The notes under the pieces were generated by a model. That model worked only from the letters and a program-made list of their open reading frames with translations, did not search any database and had not been told where the DNA came from. From an uncultured cyanobacterium (GTDB lineage Bacteria; Cyanobacteriota; Cyanobacteriia; Cyanobacteriales; CAWCAG01): DNA of 64,000 nt. Each line of letters opens with the position of its first letter. The first letter of the stretch is position 1. Where the stretch lies: NCBI GenBank assembly GCA_963793425.1, contig CAWCAG010000007.1, positions 256,001 to 320,000 of the forward strand, in the 5' to 3' direction. This document shows, piece by piece, positions 1 through 10,231 of this stretch. The position numbers and the translations under genes were made by a program.

Positions 1-602
1 TAAAAGTCACTGCGATAATCAATACCTCGGTTCATCCTTCCTGTTTGTTCTGGAGAAATATAAGCGAGGGTTCCTTCTAAAATATTGGGATTTTGAATTT
101 CCTGTTGTTCTTTGGGGAGAAGCGAAGAGATGCTAAAGTCAATTAATTTAACTTGCTTGGTTTCTGGGTGAATGAGAATATTAGCTGGTTTAATATCTTT
201 ATGGATAACGCGGTTTCTATAAAGTTGCTCTAAAATCTCAGTTAGCTTAATGGCAATAGGAAAGAATTCTTCAAGGGAAAGACATTTATTTTCTCTACTC
301 TCCAATTCTTCACTCAAAGAAATACTACCATCATCTTCCATAACCAAAGCCAAACCATTGCCGTAGTTTTCCAAAGCAATAGGTTGAACAATTCCCTCTA
401 TCTGAATATTGCTAGTTATTACATACTGATTCCGGAACTTTACTATTTCAGTAAATGTGGGGTATTCTTTTCTAAGGATTTTAATCACTACCGGTTTTTG
501 GGAACAACAAAAAATTCCCCGATAAACCATAGTTCTATTACCGTTATAAATTTGCTCTGTTATTTGATAGTTAGGAAGCTGAAGTGTAGTATTGCTCATC
601 AT
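1..602 (-). CDS. Ser/Thr protein kinase N-terminal part (cyanobacterial kinase-AAA/HstK-like multidomain protein), runs off the window edge
   Basis: Not in the ORF track. Manual minus-strand translation from ATG at 602/599: MMSNTTLQLPNYQITEQIY...KPVVIKILRKEYP...IHKDIKPANILI...KLIDFS...EGTLAYISPEQTGRMNRGIDYRSDF. Confidence 0.9.
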   Translation of the reverse strand, partial: MMSNTTLQLPNYQITEQIYNGNRTMVYRGIFCCSQKPVVIKILRKEYPTFTEIVKFRNQYVITSNIQIEGIVQPIALENYGNGLALVMEDDGSISLSEELESRENKCLSLEEFFPIAIKLTEILEQLYRNRVIHKDIKPANILIHPETKQVKLIDFSISSLLPKEQQEIQNPNILEGTLAYISPEQTGRMNRGIDYRSDF

Positions 603-935
603 GTAGACTTTATTAATCTAGATGCAGACTCTATTAATTTAGTTAAATGGACTAAAGTTCAGGAAAATTAGAGATGTTATCCCTATCAAGGATGGCAGAT
701 TCTTAAATCATTTGTGTATAATTTCCCTGGAAAATTGCCAAATTAACTCTGCTTAACTACTTTTGCTTTTTTTTGGTAGCGCGAGAATAAATTTGGTAAG
801 ATTTTCTCACCTCACTTGCCCCCCTTAGAGTTCCCCCCTTCTCCATATTTAGACTGGATAACACCACCAATGGTCAATTTCTTGCGACAATGAGATTAAG
901 AATTGAGATTATCTTGAACTAAATCTATAAAAAAA

Positions 936-2414
936 ATGCTTGCTAACCCCCCCAAGAAGCAAAAACGCCATTGGCAACCAATCATCAAAGAATTACAACG
1001 TCTCGTTGGTAAAGATGGAGTTGTCAAGCGCAAAGATGAATTACTTACCTACGAATGCGATGGTTTAGCCAGTTATCGTCAGCGCCCTGCCTTAGTTGTA
1101 CTTCCCCGCACTACTGAACAAGTGGCAGCAGCCGTAAAAGTTTGTTATGACAACGATATTCCTTGGGTAGCCAGGGGAGCAGGAACAGGATTATCTGGGG
1201 GGGCTTTACCGATTGAAGATGGTGTTGTGATTGTCACAGCTAGGATGAAGCGCATTCTTAATGTTGATCTGGCAAACCATCGCATTACCGTAGAGCCAGG
1301 AGTGATTAATAATTGGGTAACTCAAGCTGTAAGCGGTGTTGGTTTTTACTATGCCCCTGATCCTTCTAGTCAGATTATTTGTTCTATTGGTGGTAACGTA
1401 GCAGAAAATTCTGGGGGGGTTCATTGCCTTAAATATGGTGTGACAACTAACCATGTTATTGGTTTAAAAGTAGTCACTCCTGAAGGCTCTACCATCGATA
1501 TTGGAGGGCAAATTCAGGAAATGCCTGGATATGACCTAACAGGGGTTTTTATCGGTTCTGAAGGTACTCTGGGCATTGCTACAGAAATCACTTTACGCAT
1601 CCTCAAACGTCCGGAAGCTATCTGTGTTCTCTTGGCTGATTTTAATACCATTGAGGAAGCAGGAAATGCGGTGACGGGGATTATTAGCAGTGGCATTATT
1701 CCGGCGGGTATGGAAATGATGGATAATCTGAGTATTAATGCTGTAGAAGATGTAGTAGCCACAAACTGTTATCCCCGTGATGCTGGGGCAATTCTTTTAG
1801 TAGAGTTGGATGGTTTAGAAGTAGAAGTGGCAGCGAATAAAAAGCAAATAGCCAAAATTTGCCAGCAAAATGGCGCGAGGAGTACAACTTCTGCTAATGA
1901 TGCTGAAACACGATTAAAAATGTGGAAAGGGCGTAAAGCTGCCTTTGCCGCAGCAGGTTTGCTTAGTCCTAATTATTTTGTTCAAGATGGGGTGATTCCC
2001 CGCACTAAGTTAGCGGAGGTGTTGGCAGAAATTGAAGCTTTAAGTAAAGAATCTGGCTATCGCATTGCTAATGTTTTTCATGCCGGGGATGGTAATTTGC
2101 ATCCTTTGATTCTTTACAATGAAGCAATTGAAGGGGCATTAGAAGAGGTAGAAAAAGTCGGGGGAGAAATCCTTAAACTCTGTGTTAAAGCCGGGGGAAG
2201 TATTTCCGGAGAACATGGCATTGGGGCAGATAAGAATTGTTATATGCCAGATATGTTTAGTGATGTAGATTTAGAAACAATGCAGTATGTGCGGGAGGTT
2301 TGGAATATCAAGGGGTTGGCGAATCCTGGTAAGTTATTTCCCACTCCCCGTAGTTGTGGAGAAGCAGCCAATGCACAGAAGATGGCTAAGATTAAGGGAG
2401 CAGAATTATTTTAG
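936..2414 (+). CDS. glcD: Glycolate oxidase/dehydrogenase FAD-binding subunit
   Basis: ARGAGTGLSGG, PDPSS, GGNVAENSGG, HAGDGNLHP, GEHGIG motifs. Confidence 0.92.
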   Translation: MLANPPKKQKRHWQPIIKELQRLVGKDGVVKRKDELLTYECDGLASYRQRPALVVLPRTTEQVAAAVKVCYDNDIPWVARGAGTGLSGGALPIEDGVVIVTARMKRILNVDLANHRITVEPGVINNWVTQAVSGVGFYYAPDPSSQIICSIGGNVAENSGGVHCLKYGVTTNHVIGLKVVTPEGSTIDIGGQIQEMPGYDLTGVFIGSEGTLGIATEITLRILKRPEAICVLLADFNTIEEAGNAVTGIISSGIIPAGMEMMDNLSINAVEDVVATNCYPRDAGAILLVELDGLEVEVAANKKQIAKICQQNGARSTTSANDAETRLKMWKGRKAAFAAAGLLSPNYFVQDGVIPRTKLAEVLAEIEALSKESGYRIANVFHAGDGNLHPLILYNEAIEGALEEVEKVGGEILKLCVKAGGSISGEHGIGADKNCYMPDMFSDVDLETMQYVREVWNIKGLANPGKLFPTPRSCGEAANAQKMAKIKGAELF

Positions 2415-2417
2415 TGG

Positions 2418-2537
2418 AATCAGTAGAGGTTGCTTAAGTCAGCCTAAGAAAGTTCGATTGTGGACTCTTCAGAAATCCCCGTGTCTAGCCTCCGGCAACG
2501 CTCGGCAACGCTTCGCGAACAGACCGGGGAAGCTTAA
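2418..2537 (+). mobile_element. Remnant right end of an IS200/IS605-type element (tnpB 3'/omega-RNA end-like) with an internal short repeat
   Basis: Hairpin TCCCCGTGTCT(2476)...AGACCGGGGA(2530) resembles cyanobacterial IS605-type ends; CGGCAACGCT tandem duplicated at 2493-2512 in the loop; no transposase ORF. Confidence 0.5.
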
Positions 2538-2551
2538 TACTCCATTCTCAG

Positions 2552-3799
2552 TCAATCAATATCCAGCAAATTATTTTTCGGATTAACCAAACGCAAGAAT
2601 TTTTGCTTAATTTGCGTATCAAAAGTTTCCCATTTCATTTTGGCAAAATGAGAATCATCGTTATATCCTGTTAAAAAACCGATAGGAATTTCAAACCCTC
2701 CTGCCCGATTTCTGCCCCCACCAAAATAGCGCCCTTGGGGATCTTTTCCTAAAGCTGTTTTGATAAATTCATCAGGATCTAAGGTGATTTTATTAGTTCT
2801 TAAAGAACCAATTAATAATTCTATTTCTTCATCTTCGTCATGAACAATACCATAAACCATAGCGGTATGAACATTTTCTTCTGTTACTAAAAAGTCAGCG
2901 GCTTGGGGTATAGCATCTCTGTCTTCATAGCGTAAATAACTTACCCCAGCTAAGGAAAAATTGTTCTGCACCAGGCGATTTCTCAGGGATTGTTCAATCA
3001 CATCCATCACTCTTTTAGAGCGAGAGGTATGTAGCACAGCGCTCAAGATTTGATTATCATAAAAGCGGCTTAAATAGGCAGCAGCTAAGAAATCATCTTC
3101 TTGGGCTTGGAGAAGGCGATTAGTATCGGAACGCAAACCGTGCATCAAAGCTGTGGCACATTTGACGTGCTTTTTGACATTTCTATCTAATTCAAGCAAA
3201 CCCCCTTGAAGATACTCACATAAAATTGTTGCTGTGGCTCCTACATGGGGACGTAAATCAATGAATTCCGCGTCAAGTTCTCCCTGGCTACTATGATGAT
3301 CAATAACTACTATTAGGGGAATATCGACTTGTTTGATAATAGGCATAAGCTGGCTAGTTGTACCTTGATTATCTACTAAAACGCAACCTTGATAAACTGA
3401 TAAATCTTGCTGATTAACATCCTGAATGCTTAAGCGTTTAGCTGGCAAGCCAGTAAGTTTAACTAAAGCAATATTTTCTTGGTGAGAAAGAGTCCCGGCA
3501 TAGAAAATATCACATTCAATTTCATATTTTTGAGCAATTAGTTGGTATGTCCAGGCACTGGAAAGGGCATCAGGATCAGGGAAATCTTGAATAATCAGAA
3601 CTTGTCTTTCACCACGATGTCTTTCTAAAACTTGCCGTAGTTTATCTAGTCTTTCTTGAAGAGATAAATCTGTATCTTGTTGATTCTGAGAATTGGCTTT
3701 AGTTTTTTCTTTTTTACCATTTTGTCCCTTCGTTACTACTGAATTTGGGGAAGATTCCGGTAGCAACTTGCTATAATCAGAATTAAGCTCTTTATCCAT
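2552..3799 (-). CDS. DHH-family phosphoesterase (NrnA-like oligoribonuclease/pAp phosphatase)
   Basis: DFPDPDA, LVDN, VVIDHH motifs and C-terminal GGGRxxAGG of DHHA1. Confidence 0.85.
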   Translation of the reverse strand: MDKELNSDYSKLLPESSPNSVVTKGQNGKKEKTKANSQNQQDTDLSLQERLDKLRQVLERHRGERQVLIIQDFPDPDALSSAWTYQLIAQKYEIECDIFYAGTLSHQENIALVKLTGLPAKRLSIQDVNQQDLSVYQGCVLVDNQGTTSQLMPIIKQVDIPLIVVIDHHSSQGELDAEFIDLRPHVGATATILCEYLQGGLLELDRNVKKHVKCATALMHGLRSDTNRLLQAQEDDFLAAAYLSRFYDNQILSAVLHTSRSKRVMDVIEQSLRNRLVQNNFSLAGVSYLRYEDRDAIPQAADFLVTEENVHTAMVYGIVHDEDEEIELLIGSLRTNKITLDPDEFIKTALGKDPQGRYFGGGRNRAGGFEIPIGFLTGYNDDSHFAKMKWETFDTQIKQKFLRLVNPKNNLLDID

Positions 3800-3929
3800 A
3801 GTAGTTTGTCAGTTTTTAATTAATAGGTAAAGGGTTCAATAAGGGATAGTTGATAATTAATTATCCCTTTCATCTTCATCTAGATGCTCAAAATAAAAAA
3901 CTTGCCCTTCAATTAAGTAGCAGGTAAAG

Positions 3930-4427
3930 TTAAATGCCGATGACGTATTTTTTCCACTCCTGATTTCGTCCTTCTTTGGTATGTTTCACTATTTCAAAAT
4001 GGAGACTACTATAAGGGCGACGGGGCTTGGTTAATAAAGGCATTTCTGCTTCTTTAGGAGTGCGGCTACCTTTTTTTACATTGCAACGCACACAAGCCGC
4101 TACAAGATTTTCCCAAGTATCTCCCCCGCCGCGAGAACGGGGAATGACGTGATCTATAGTTAATGTGTCACCTTTGTAATTACAGTATTGACAGGTTTGT
4201 CTGTCTCGTTCCAAAATATTACGACGGGTTAAGGGAATTTCTTTATAGGGAACTCGAACATAATAACGCAGCCTAATTACCGTAGGTAGAGGAAAATGAG
4301 CGTAGATATATAGCCCATTATGCTCAACCTGTTCTGCCTTCCCTTTAAGCAATAAAACAATCGCCCGCCGCCAACTAGTAATATTGAGCGGTTCGTAGGA
4401 AGCGTTGAGTACTAGAACCTTACTCAT
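3930..4427 (-). CDS. HNH endonuclease (conserved cyanobacterial type)
   Basis: VLVLNASYEPL, CQYC, TIDHVIPRSRGG, CVRCNVKK. Confidence 0.92.
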   Translation of the reverse strand: MSKVLVLNASYEPLNITSWRRAIVLLLKGKAEQVEHNGLYIYAHFPLPTVIRLRYYVRVPYKEIPLTRRNILERDRQTCQYCNYKGDTLTIDHVIPRSRGGGDTWENLVAACVRCNVKKGSRTPKEAEMPLLTKPRRPYSSLHFEIVKHTKEGRNQEWKKYVIGI

Positions 4428-4498
4428 TTAGGTAAGAAATTTAGAGATTGTTATCAAAGATAGTAGCACAATTAAGCAAGGATGGGGAGTTGGAAGCA

Positions 4499-4762
4499 AT
4501 GGTAGAAACTTTAGCCGCCAAGCAAATAAGTCTTGAACAACTCCAAGAGCAATTCCACCTTTACAAAAGTAAAACCCCTGATTTTTTCCCGGAATGGCAA
4601 GCTAATTTACCTAATTTAACTGAAAGGGAAAAGCAATCTTTAGATAGGGTTAAAAGCAACTATTTAAGTCTTAGTGAGACTAACTTTTTGTCGGAGCAGA
4701 TGGTTAAAATGGTTGTTTTAGCACCCCTATTAGATTTGGCCAATTTAGCAACAAAAAAATGA
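4499..4762 (+). pseudogene. Truncated cyanobacterial 'restriction endonuclease subunit R'-like protein (N-terminal half only)
   Basis: FFPEWQxxLPxLT...LDRVKxNYL...EQMVKMVVLAPLLDLA matches the N-terminus of this family; ORF ends a few codons later at a 7-nt repeat array. Confidence 0.55.
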
Positions 4763-4821
4763 TAAATGTTTAATGGTAAATGATAAATGTTTAATGGTAA
4801 ATGGTAAATGTTTAATGATAA
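4759..4821 (+). repeat. Heptamer tandem array (ATGATAA/ATGTTTA/ATGGTAA), including a duplicated 21-nt unit
   Basis: atgataaatgtttaatggtaa x2 followed by further heptamers; the alr start codon lies inside it. Confidence 0.85.
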
Positions 4822-5935
4822 GTTGCAAAGGGCCTGGGTAGAAGTTAATCAATCAGCTTTAGCTTTTAATGTCGGGCAAATTAAAGGTATATTAAAATCT
4901 CAAACCGCATTGATGGCAGTGGTAAAAGCAGATGCCTACGGCCATGGGGCAACAGAGGTAGCTAAAACGGTTTTGAGTGCTGGGGCTAGTTGGTTAGCGG
5001 TTGCTACCCTTGGTGAGGGCGTGGAGTTGCGAAGAGCAGGAATTCCCGCCCCAATCCTGATCTTGGGAGCAATTAACACTCCCCAAGAAGTAAAGGCGAT
5101 TGCCCAGTGGAATTTACAACCTACTATTGGTACTCCTCAACAGGCATTGATTTTTAGTGAAACTTTGTCTGAGTTAGGAGCAATTTTACCAGTACATCTT
5201 AAGTTAGATACGGGAATGTCTCGCTTAGGAACAAGATGGGAATCGGCAACAGAATTTGTGCAGTTAGTCAAACAATTACCTCAGTTACAAATTAAAAGTA
5301 TTTATTCTCATCTTGCCACTGCTGATGATCTTGAGCCAACCTTTATGAGGTTGCAACAACAAAGATTTAATCGTGCGATCGCCGAGCTTAAAATTAATGG
5401 TATAGTTGCCCCTTGTTTACATTTAGCTAATTCTGCTGCCACCCTAATAAGTAAAGATTTACACTACGATTTAGTACGGGTAGGTTTAGCACTTTATGGT
5501 TTATATCCTGCCCCCCATTTAACTTCCCGCCTCAAGTTACAACCAGCTTTGCAGGTTAAAGCTAGAATTACTCAAATTAAAATTCTCCCTCCCAATACAG
5601 GAGTTAGTTACGGACACAAATTTGTTACTGATAAAGAGTTACGTCTTGGGGTAATTGGTATTGGTTATGCTGATGGTGTACCTCGTAATTTATCCAATCG
5701 TTTGCAAGTACTAATTCGTGGGCAAAGAGTGGCGCAAATCGGGGCAATTACCATGGATCAAATTATGCTTGATGTTAGTAAGATTGAGAATTTGCAAGTA
5801 GGAGAAGTTGTTACTCTTTTAGGTAAAGATGGTAAAGAAGAGATTTCTGCTGATGATTGGGCGACCAGTTTAGGAACTATTTCTTGGGAAATCATTTGTG
5901 GTTTTAAACATCGATTACCGAGGGTTAATAGGTAA
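4808..5935 (+). CDS. alr: Alanine racemase
   Basis: AVVKADAYGHG PLP-lysine motif, KLDTGMSRLG, GYADG, ITMDQ. Confidence 0.96.
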   Translation: MFNDKLQRAWVEVNQSALAFNVGQIKGILKSQTALMAVVKADAYGHGATEVAKTVLSAGASWLAVATLGEGVELRRAGIPAPILILGAINTPQEVKAIAQWNLQPTIGTPQQALIFSETLSELGAILPVHLKLDTGMSRLGTRWESATEFVQLVKQLPQLQIKSIYSHLATADDLEPTFMRLQQQRFNRAIAELKINGIVAPCLHLANSAATLISKDLHYDLVRVGLALYGLYPAPHLTSRLKLQPALQVKARITQIKILPPNTGVSYGHKFVTDKELRLGVIGIGYADGVPRNLSNRLQVLIRGQRVAQIGAITMDQIMLDVSKIENLQVGEVVTLLGKDGKEEISADDWATSLGTISWEIICGFKHRLPRVNR

Positions 5936-5964
5936 TAGGTAATGGGTAATAAATTTAGTGTTTT

Positions 5965-6121
5965 GTAGGGTGTGTTCCTTGATATTAATCTTCCCTTAAA
6001 ATGAAACTTGCTAAGAGGAACGCACCGTATCTATTTGTAACTGATATAAATGGTGCGTTAAGTGCTGAATCATAAGTCTGCTATTCTAATTAATAGCTTG
6101 TAGCTGCACAAACACACCCAC
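5965..6121. repeat. REP/REPIN-like composite palindromic element
   Basis: GTAGGGTGTGTTCCT...AGGAACGCACC...GGTGCGTTA...AACACACCC; same architecture as 25832-25960. Confidence 0.65.
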
Positions 6122-6235
6122 CCAATTGATTACTTATCGTGATACTTTCTGGAGTTAATTCCTGCAAAAATAGTTTTATTTTCCCTAGCACGAGCAGATA
6201 ACACTACTTGCTGTGTCACTTCACTCAAAATAATC

Positions 6236-6283
6236 ATAACTATTACTCATTACTCATTACTCATTACCAATTACCCATTACCT
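6236..6283. repeat. STRR heptamer array (ATTACTC/ATTACCC)
   Basis: Direct reading of tandem 7-mers. Confidence 0.8.
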
Positions 6284-6290
6284 AAATCCC

Positions 6291-7271
6291 ATGTCCATAG
6301 TTGCTGTCGAAAACTTGAGCAAAATCTATCCCGTTGCTGTCAAAGAACCCGGATTAAAAGGGACTTTAGCTCATTTTTTCAAGCGTCAATACCGCCAGGT
6401 TAAAGCAGTACAAAATGTTTCCTTTGAAATTGAACCAGGGGAAGTTGTCGGCTTTTTAGGGCCTAATGGGGCAGGAAAAACTACTACCCTGAAAATGTTA
6501 GCCGGTTTAATTTATCCTTCTCAAGGAAAAGTCAAAGTTTCTGGCTACACACCTTTTGATCGTAAACATCAATTCTTAAATAAGATTAGCTTAGTTATGG
6601 GGCAGAAACAGCAACTAATTTGGGATCTACCTGCCCTGGATTCCTTAAGGATCAATGCTGCTATTTATCAAATTCCCCAGCCCCAATTTAAGCAAAGATT
6701 AGGGGAATTAACAGAAATGCTGTCTTTAGAAAATAAACTAAAGCAGCCAGTACGCAAACTTTCATTAGGGGAAAGAATGAAGGCGGAATTACTCGCCGCC
6801 TTACTTCATCATCCTCAAGTCTTATTCTTAGATGAACCAACTTTAGGATTAGATGTCAATGCCCAAGTTGCTGTGCGAGATTTTTTGCGAGATTATAATC
6901 AACGTTACCAAGCAACAATTCTTTTAACTAGTCATTATATGGCAGATATAACTGCTTTGTGTGAGCGAGTTATGGTTATTCACCAAGGACAACTTATTTA
7001 TAATGGTGGTTTGAATAAGTTATTAGAACACTTTGCCCCTTGTCGAGAAGTAAAAGTAGAACTCGGTTACCTTTTACCTTCAGAAAAATTAGTTGAGTTT
7101 GGAGAAATTCAAAGTATAGAAGGGCGAGAAGTGCGGTTTTTAATTCAGAGAGAAGAGTTAACTAGCCGTGTAGCAAAAATGTTAGCTCAATTAGAAGTTA
7201 TTGATTTAAGTGTAACTGATCCACCTATAGAAGAAGTGATTGGACAGCTTTTTGATAAAGGACAAGTTTAA
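6291..7271 (+). CDS. ABC transporter ATP-binding protein
   Basis: GPNGAGKTT Walker A, LSLGERMK signature, FLDEPT Walker B. Confidence 0.93.
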   Translation: MSIVAVENLSKIYPVAVKEPGLKGTLAHFFKRQYRQVKAVQNVSFEIEPGEVVGFLGPNGAGKTTTLKMLAGLIYPSQGKVKVSGYTPFDRKHQFLNKISLVMGQKQQLIWDLPALDSLRINAAIYQIPQPQFKQRLGELTEMLSLENKLKQPVRKLSLGERMKAELLAALLHHPQVLFLDEPTLGLDVNAQVAVRDFLRDYNQRYQATILLTSHYMADITALCERVMVIHQGQLIYNGGLNKLLEHFAPCREVKVELGYLLPSEKLVEFGEIQSIEGREVRFLIQREELTSRVAKMLAQLEVIDLSVTDPPIEEVIGQLFDKGQV

Positions 7272-8059
7272 TGAAATGGTTATGGAAAAAAGCAATAACT
7301 TTGCTCAGCGTGCAATATGCTTATATGCTCGAATATCGAGCGGAAATCTTTTTATGGGCTCTTTCCAATTCCCTACCAATCATTTTGATGGGAGTTTGGA
7401 CTAAAGCAGCTAATGGGGGAAACTTTGACCTCTCAGCAATAGATTTTGCTCGCTATTTTATTGCTGTTTTCTTAGTACGCCAACTTACCGTTGTTTGGGT
7501 GATTTGGGAATTTGAAAGGGAAGTAGTAGAAGGGAGTCTTTCCTTTTACCTTCTCCAACCTCTAGACCCAGTTTGGCATCACGTCGCCACTCATTTAGGA
7601 GAACGTTTAGGACGCGCACCTCTTGTTGTTTTCCTGTTAATTCTCTTTTTCTGTCTCTATCCCCAAGCAATTTGGCAACCTGATTTAGGAAAAATTTGCT
7701 TATTTTCTCTTACCTGCGTCATGGCTTTTACCCTACGCTTTTTAATTCAATATACCTTTGCCATGTTCGCTTTCTGGATAGAAAGGGCTGTAGCAATTCA
7801 GCAATTTTGGTTATTGTTTTACCTTTTCCTTTCTGGGATGATTGCCCCTTTAGACGTGTTTCCTCCTTTAATGCAAAAGCTGACTCTTTGGACACCATTT
7901 CCCTACATGATGTATTTCCCCGCCGCAATTATAGTTGGTTTAGAAGTTGATATTGTGCAAGGAATTTTAGCCATTTTAGGCTGGGGATTATTCTTTTTCA
8001 TTATTAACCGTTGGTTGTGGAGACGAGGTTTAAAACAGTATTCTGGAATGGGGGCTTGA
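7271..8059 (+). CDS. ABC-2 family permease (DUF990-like)
   Basis: Multiple TM helices, YMLEYRAE and LLQPLDP motifs; translationally coupled to the ATPase. Confidence 0.85.
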   Translation: MKWLWKKAITLLSVQYAYMLEYRAEIFLWALSNSLPIILMGVWTKAANGGNFDLSAIDFARYFIAVFLVRQLTVVWVIWEFEREVVEGSLSFYLLQPLDPVWHHVATHLGERLGRAPLVVFLLILFFCLYPQAIWQPDLGKICLFSLTCVMAFTLRFLIQYTFAMFAFWIERAVAIQQFWLLFYLFLSGMIAPLDVFPPLMQKLTLWTPFPYMMYFPAAIIVGLEVDIVQGILAILGWGLFFFIINRWLWRRGLKQYSGMGA

Positions 8060-8153
8060 ATAAGTAATGGGTAATAAGTAATAAGTAATAAGTAATAGGT
8101 AATAGGTAATGGTTGACTTTAGCAACTAGCCACTAGCCACTAGCGATTAGCAA
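8059..8153. repeat. STRR heptamer arrays (AATAAGT/AATAGGT; ACTAGCC)
   Basis: Direct reading. Confidence 0.8.
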
Positions 8154-8198
8154 TTAAGTTAAGCTATGTTGTTACTTGCCATTAATCTAAATTTTTAC

Positions 8199-9605
8199 AT
8201 GAATCAAGCGGACTTGGCTTTTGCCCCAGCCTTGCAACAAGCCCAACTCATTCGTAATGGTGAAGTTTCTCCTTTGCAATTAGTCGAACTTTACTTAGAA
8301 CGAATTAATAAATTTAATAGCCAACTTGGAAGTTACTTCACTGTTGCCGGAGAATTAGCTTTAGAAGATGGGAAAGCCAAAACAGAACAACTTACCCAAG
8401 TTGATGTCACTCAACTACCACCCTTTTTCGGTGTACCCACAGCCATTAAAGACTTAAACGCCGTCAAAGGGATGCCTTGTAGCTACGGCGTAGCTGCCTT
8501 AAAAGAAAAAATATCTCCCTATGATGATGGCGTAACCACCCGTATGAAAATGGCGGGTTTCATCATTTTAGGTAAAACAGCTACCTCCGCTATTGGTTCC
8601 TTGCCCTATACTGAACCTCTAGGCTTTTCCCCTGCCCGAAACCCTTGGAACTTAGAATATACCCCCGGAGGGTCTAGTGGGGGGGCCGCAGCAGCCGTAG
8701 CAGCAGGTTTGTGTGGCATCGCCCAGGGTTCTGATGGTGGTGGTTCTATACGTGGCCCAAGTTCTTCTTGTAGCTTGGTGGGGCTAAAACCTTCTAGGGG
8801 TAGGGTTTCCCACGCCCCTGTGGGAGATTATCAAAGTGGCATTTCTACCAGTGGCCCCCTTGCCCGTAATGTTGAGGATGCAGCAGCTTTATTAGATATT
8901 ATGTCTGGTTATGTGGTGGGAGATCCTTACTGGCTACCCCTACCAGAAACTTCTTTTTTTCATGCCGCCCAACAATCCCCTGGACAGTTAAAAATTGCTT
9001 TTTCCACTTCCATCGCCCCTTTCGGAGAAGCAACAGCAGAAATTAAGCAAGCTGTAGAAAAAACGGCTAAACTCTGCGAAAGTTCAGGTCATACCCTTGA
9101 ATCTGCCTGTCCTGATTTTAGTGGCTTAATTAAACCGTTCACCAAAATTTGGCAAGCAGGAGTTACCGCAACAGGCATTCCTTTAGAAGCTTTGAGTCCT
9201 TTAGATCGCTGGATTGGGGAACAAGCAGGTTCAGCCGGGGAATACTTGCAAGCCGTTGCTCAGATGCAGCTTATAGCAAGGCAAATTGTTGCCTTTTTTG
9301 AAAATTATGATGTTTTAATTCTGCCTGTATATTTGCATTCTGCCCTTAAAATTGGTGAGTGGGCAAATTTAGAACCGGAAGAAACTTTACAAAAAATTAT
9401 TGCCTGGATTGCTCCTTGTCCTGGAGTTAATGCCTCTGGCTTACCAGCGATCGCCCTACCTACAGGTTTTGATCGGCATGGTTTGCCTATCGGTATTCAA
9501 ATTATCGGTCGCCCCGCAGCAGAAACAACCCTCATTTCCCTAGCAGGACAATTGGAAGCCGCAAAATTATGGGAAAATCAACGTCCTGCTTTATTCAAGG
9601 ATTAG
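8199..9605 (+). CDS. Amidase-signature family amidase
   Basis: AIKDL, PGGSSGGAAAAVA, GSDGGGSIRGP; ATG 8199 preferred over 8166. Confidence 0.92.
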   Translation: MNQADLAFAPALQQAQLIRNGEVSPLQLVELYLERINKFNSQLGSYFTVAGELALEDGKAKTEQLTQVDVTQLPPFFGVPTAIKDLNAVKGMPCSYGVAALKEKISPYDDGVTTRMKMAGFIILGKTATSAIGSLPYTEPLGFSPARNPWNLEYTPGGSSGGAAAAVAAGLCGIAQGSDGGGSIRGPSSSCSLVGLKPSRGRVSHAPVGDYQSGISTSGPLARNVEDAAALLDIMSGYVVGDPYWLPLPETSFFHAAQQSPGQLKIAFSTSIAPFGEATAEIKQAVEKTAKLCESSGHTLESACPDFSGLIKPFTKIWQAGVTATGIPLEALSPLDRWIGEQAGSAGEYLQAVAQMQLIARQIVAFFENYDVLILPVYLHSALKIGEWANLEPEETLQKIIAWIAPCPGVNASGLPAIALPTGFDRHGLPIGIQIIGRPAAETTLISLAGQLEAAKLWENQRPALFKD

Positions 9606-9968
9606 GAATTAGTTGCTATTAAACTAAATATTCCAGATGTGGAAATAAATAGCCGCAACTAAGACGTTGACGAATAACAAAAACAACGCCCAACCTGTAC
9701 GGAAAGGATAGGGAGGTTCACCGGATTGGGGAACGGGAGGATTTTCTTTAGCCATTTGCAAATTCTCCTATTTGAGATTAAGTTTTTAAGGTTTTTCTCG
9801 AATTTATGCCTGAATTAAGTGTCACGCATAGGCAAATCCTAGCTTAAACTTGAGCGCAAAGTAAAATACCCCAAGGCTAAAACATTGAGGAGATAAGCTA
9901 TAAATATTTCTGCCTAGGGAAAGATTAAGATTAGAAGTATAACTTTTTCGGTTAATAATGATTTAGCT

Positions 9969-10175
9969 ATGAATAGACAAACTTTAGCTTTTATTTTTGT
10001 GGTTTTAACCCTAGCTTTTATTACTGTAGGCGATCGCGTCTTACCAGGTTCTTTAGGTCAAGCAAGTAAAAGTACTCGCGTTGGTATCAATGATTTTGTC
10101 ATGGGCTTAGTTCCAGACAAAGCCCCTAATCTCAATGAACAGAGGGAGAAGGAGGTGGAAAATTTGGGCAATTGA
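9969..10175 (+). CDS. Small membrane-anchored hypothetical protein
   Basis: 68 aa, N-terminal TM helix followed by GDRVLP. Confidence 0.7.
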   Translation: MNRQTLAFIFVVLTLAFITVGDRVLPGSLGQASKSTRVGINDFVMGLVPDKAPNLNEQREKEVENLGN

Positions 10176-10231
10176 TTACTAAATTGCTAAATCTTGGTTT
10201 TGCTTTCAGGCTTGCAATAATATTTAGTCTT

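Noticed and set aside
384..671. 95-aa + strand ORF
   Set aside because: Antisense shadow of the minus-strand kinase gene (1-602); no recognisable motifs.
4759..8153. Tandem arrays as a possible CRISPR
   Set aside because: Contiguous 7-nt units without unique spacers (STRR); no cas genes in the window.
9660..9745. Possible small RNA after the amidase
   Set aside because: Only weak, imperfect stems; no match to SRP or other RNAs I can recognise.
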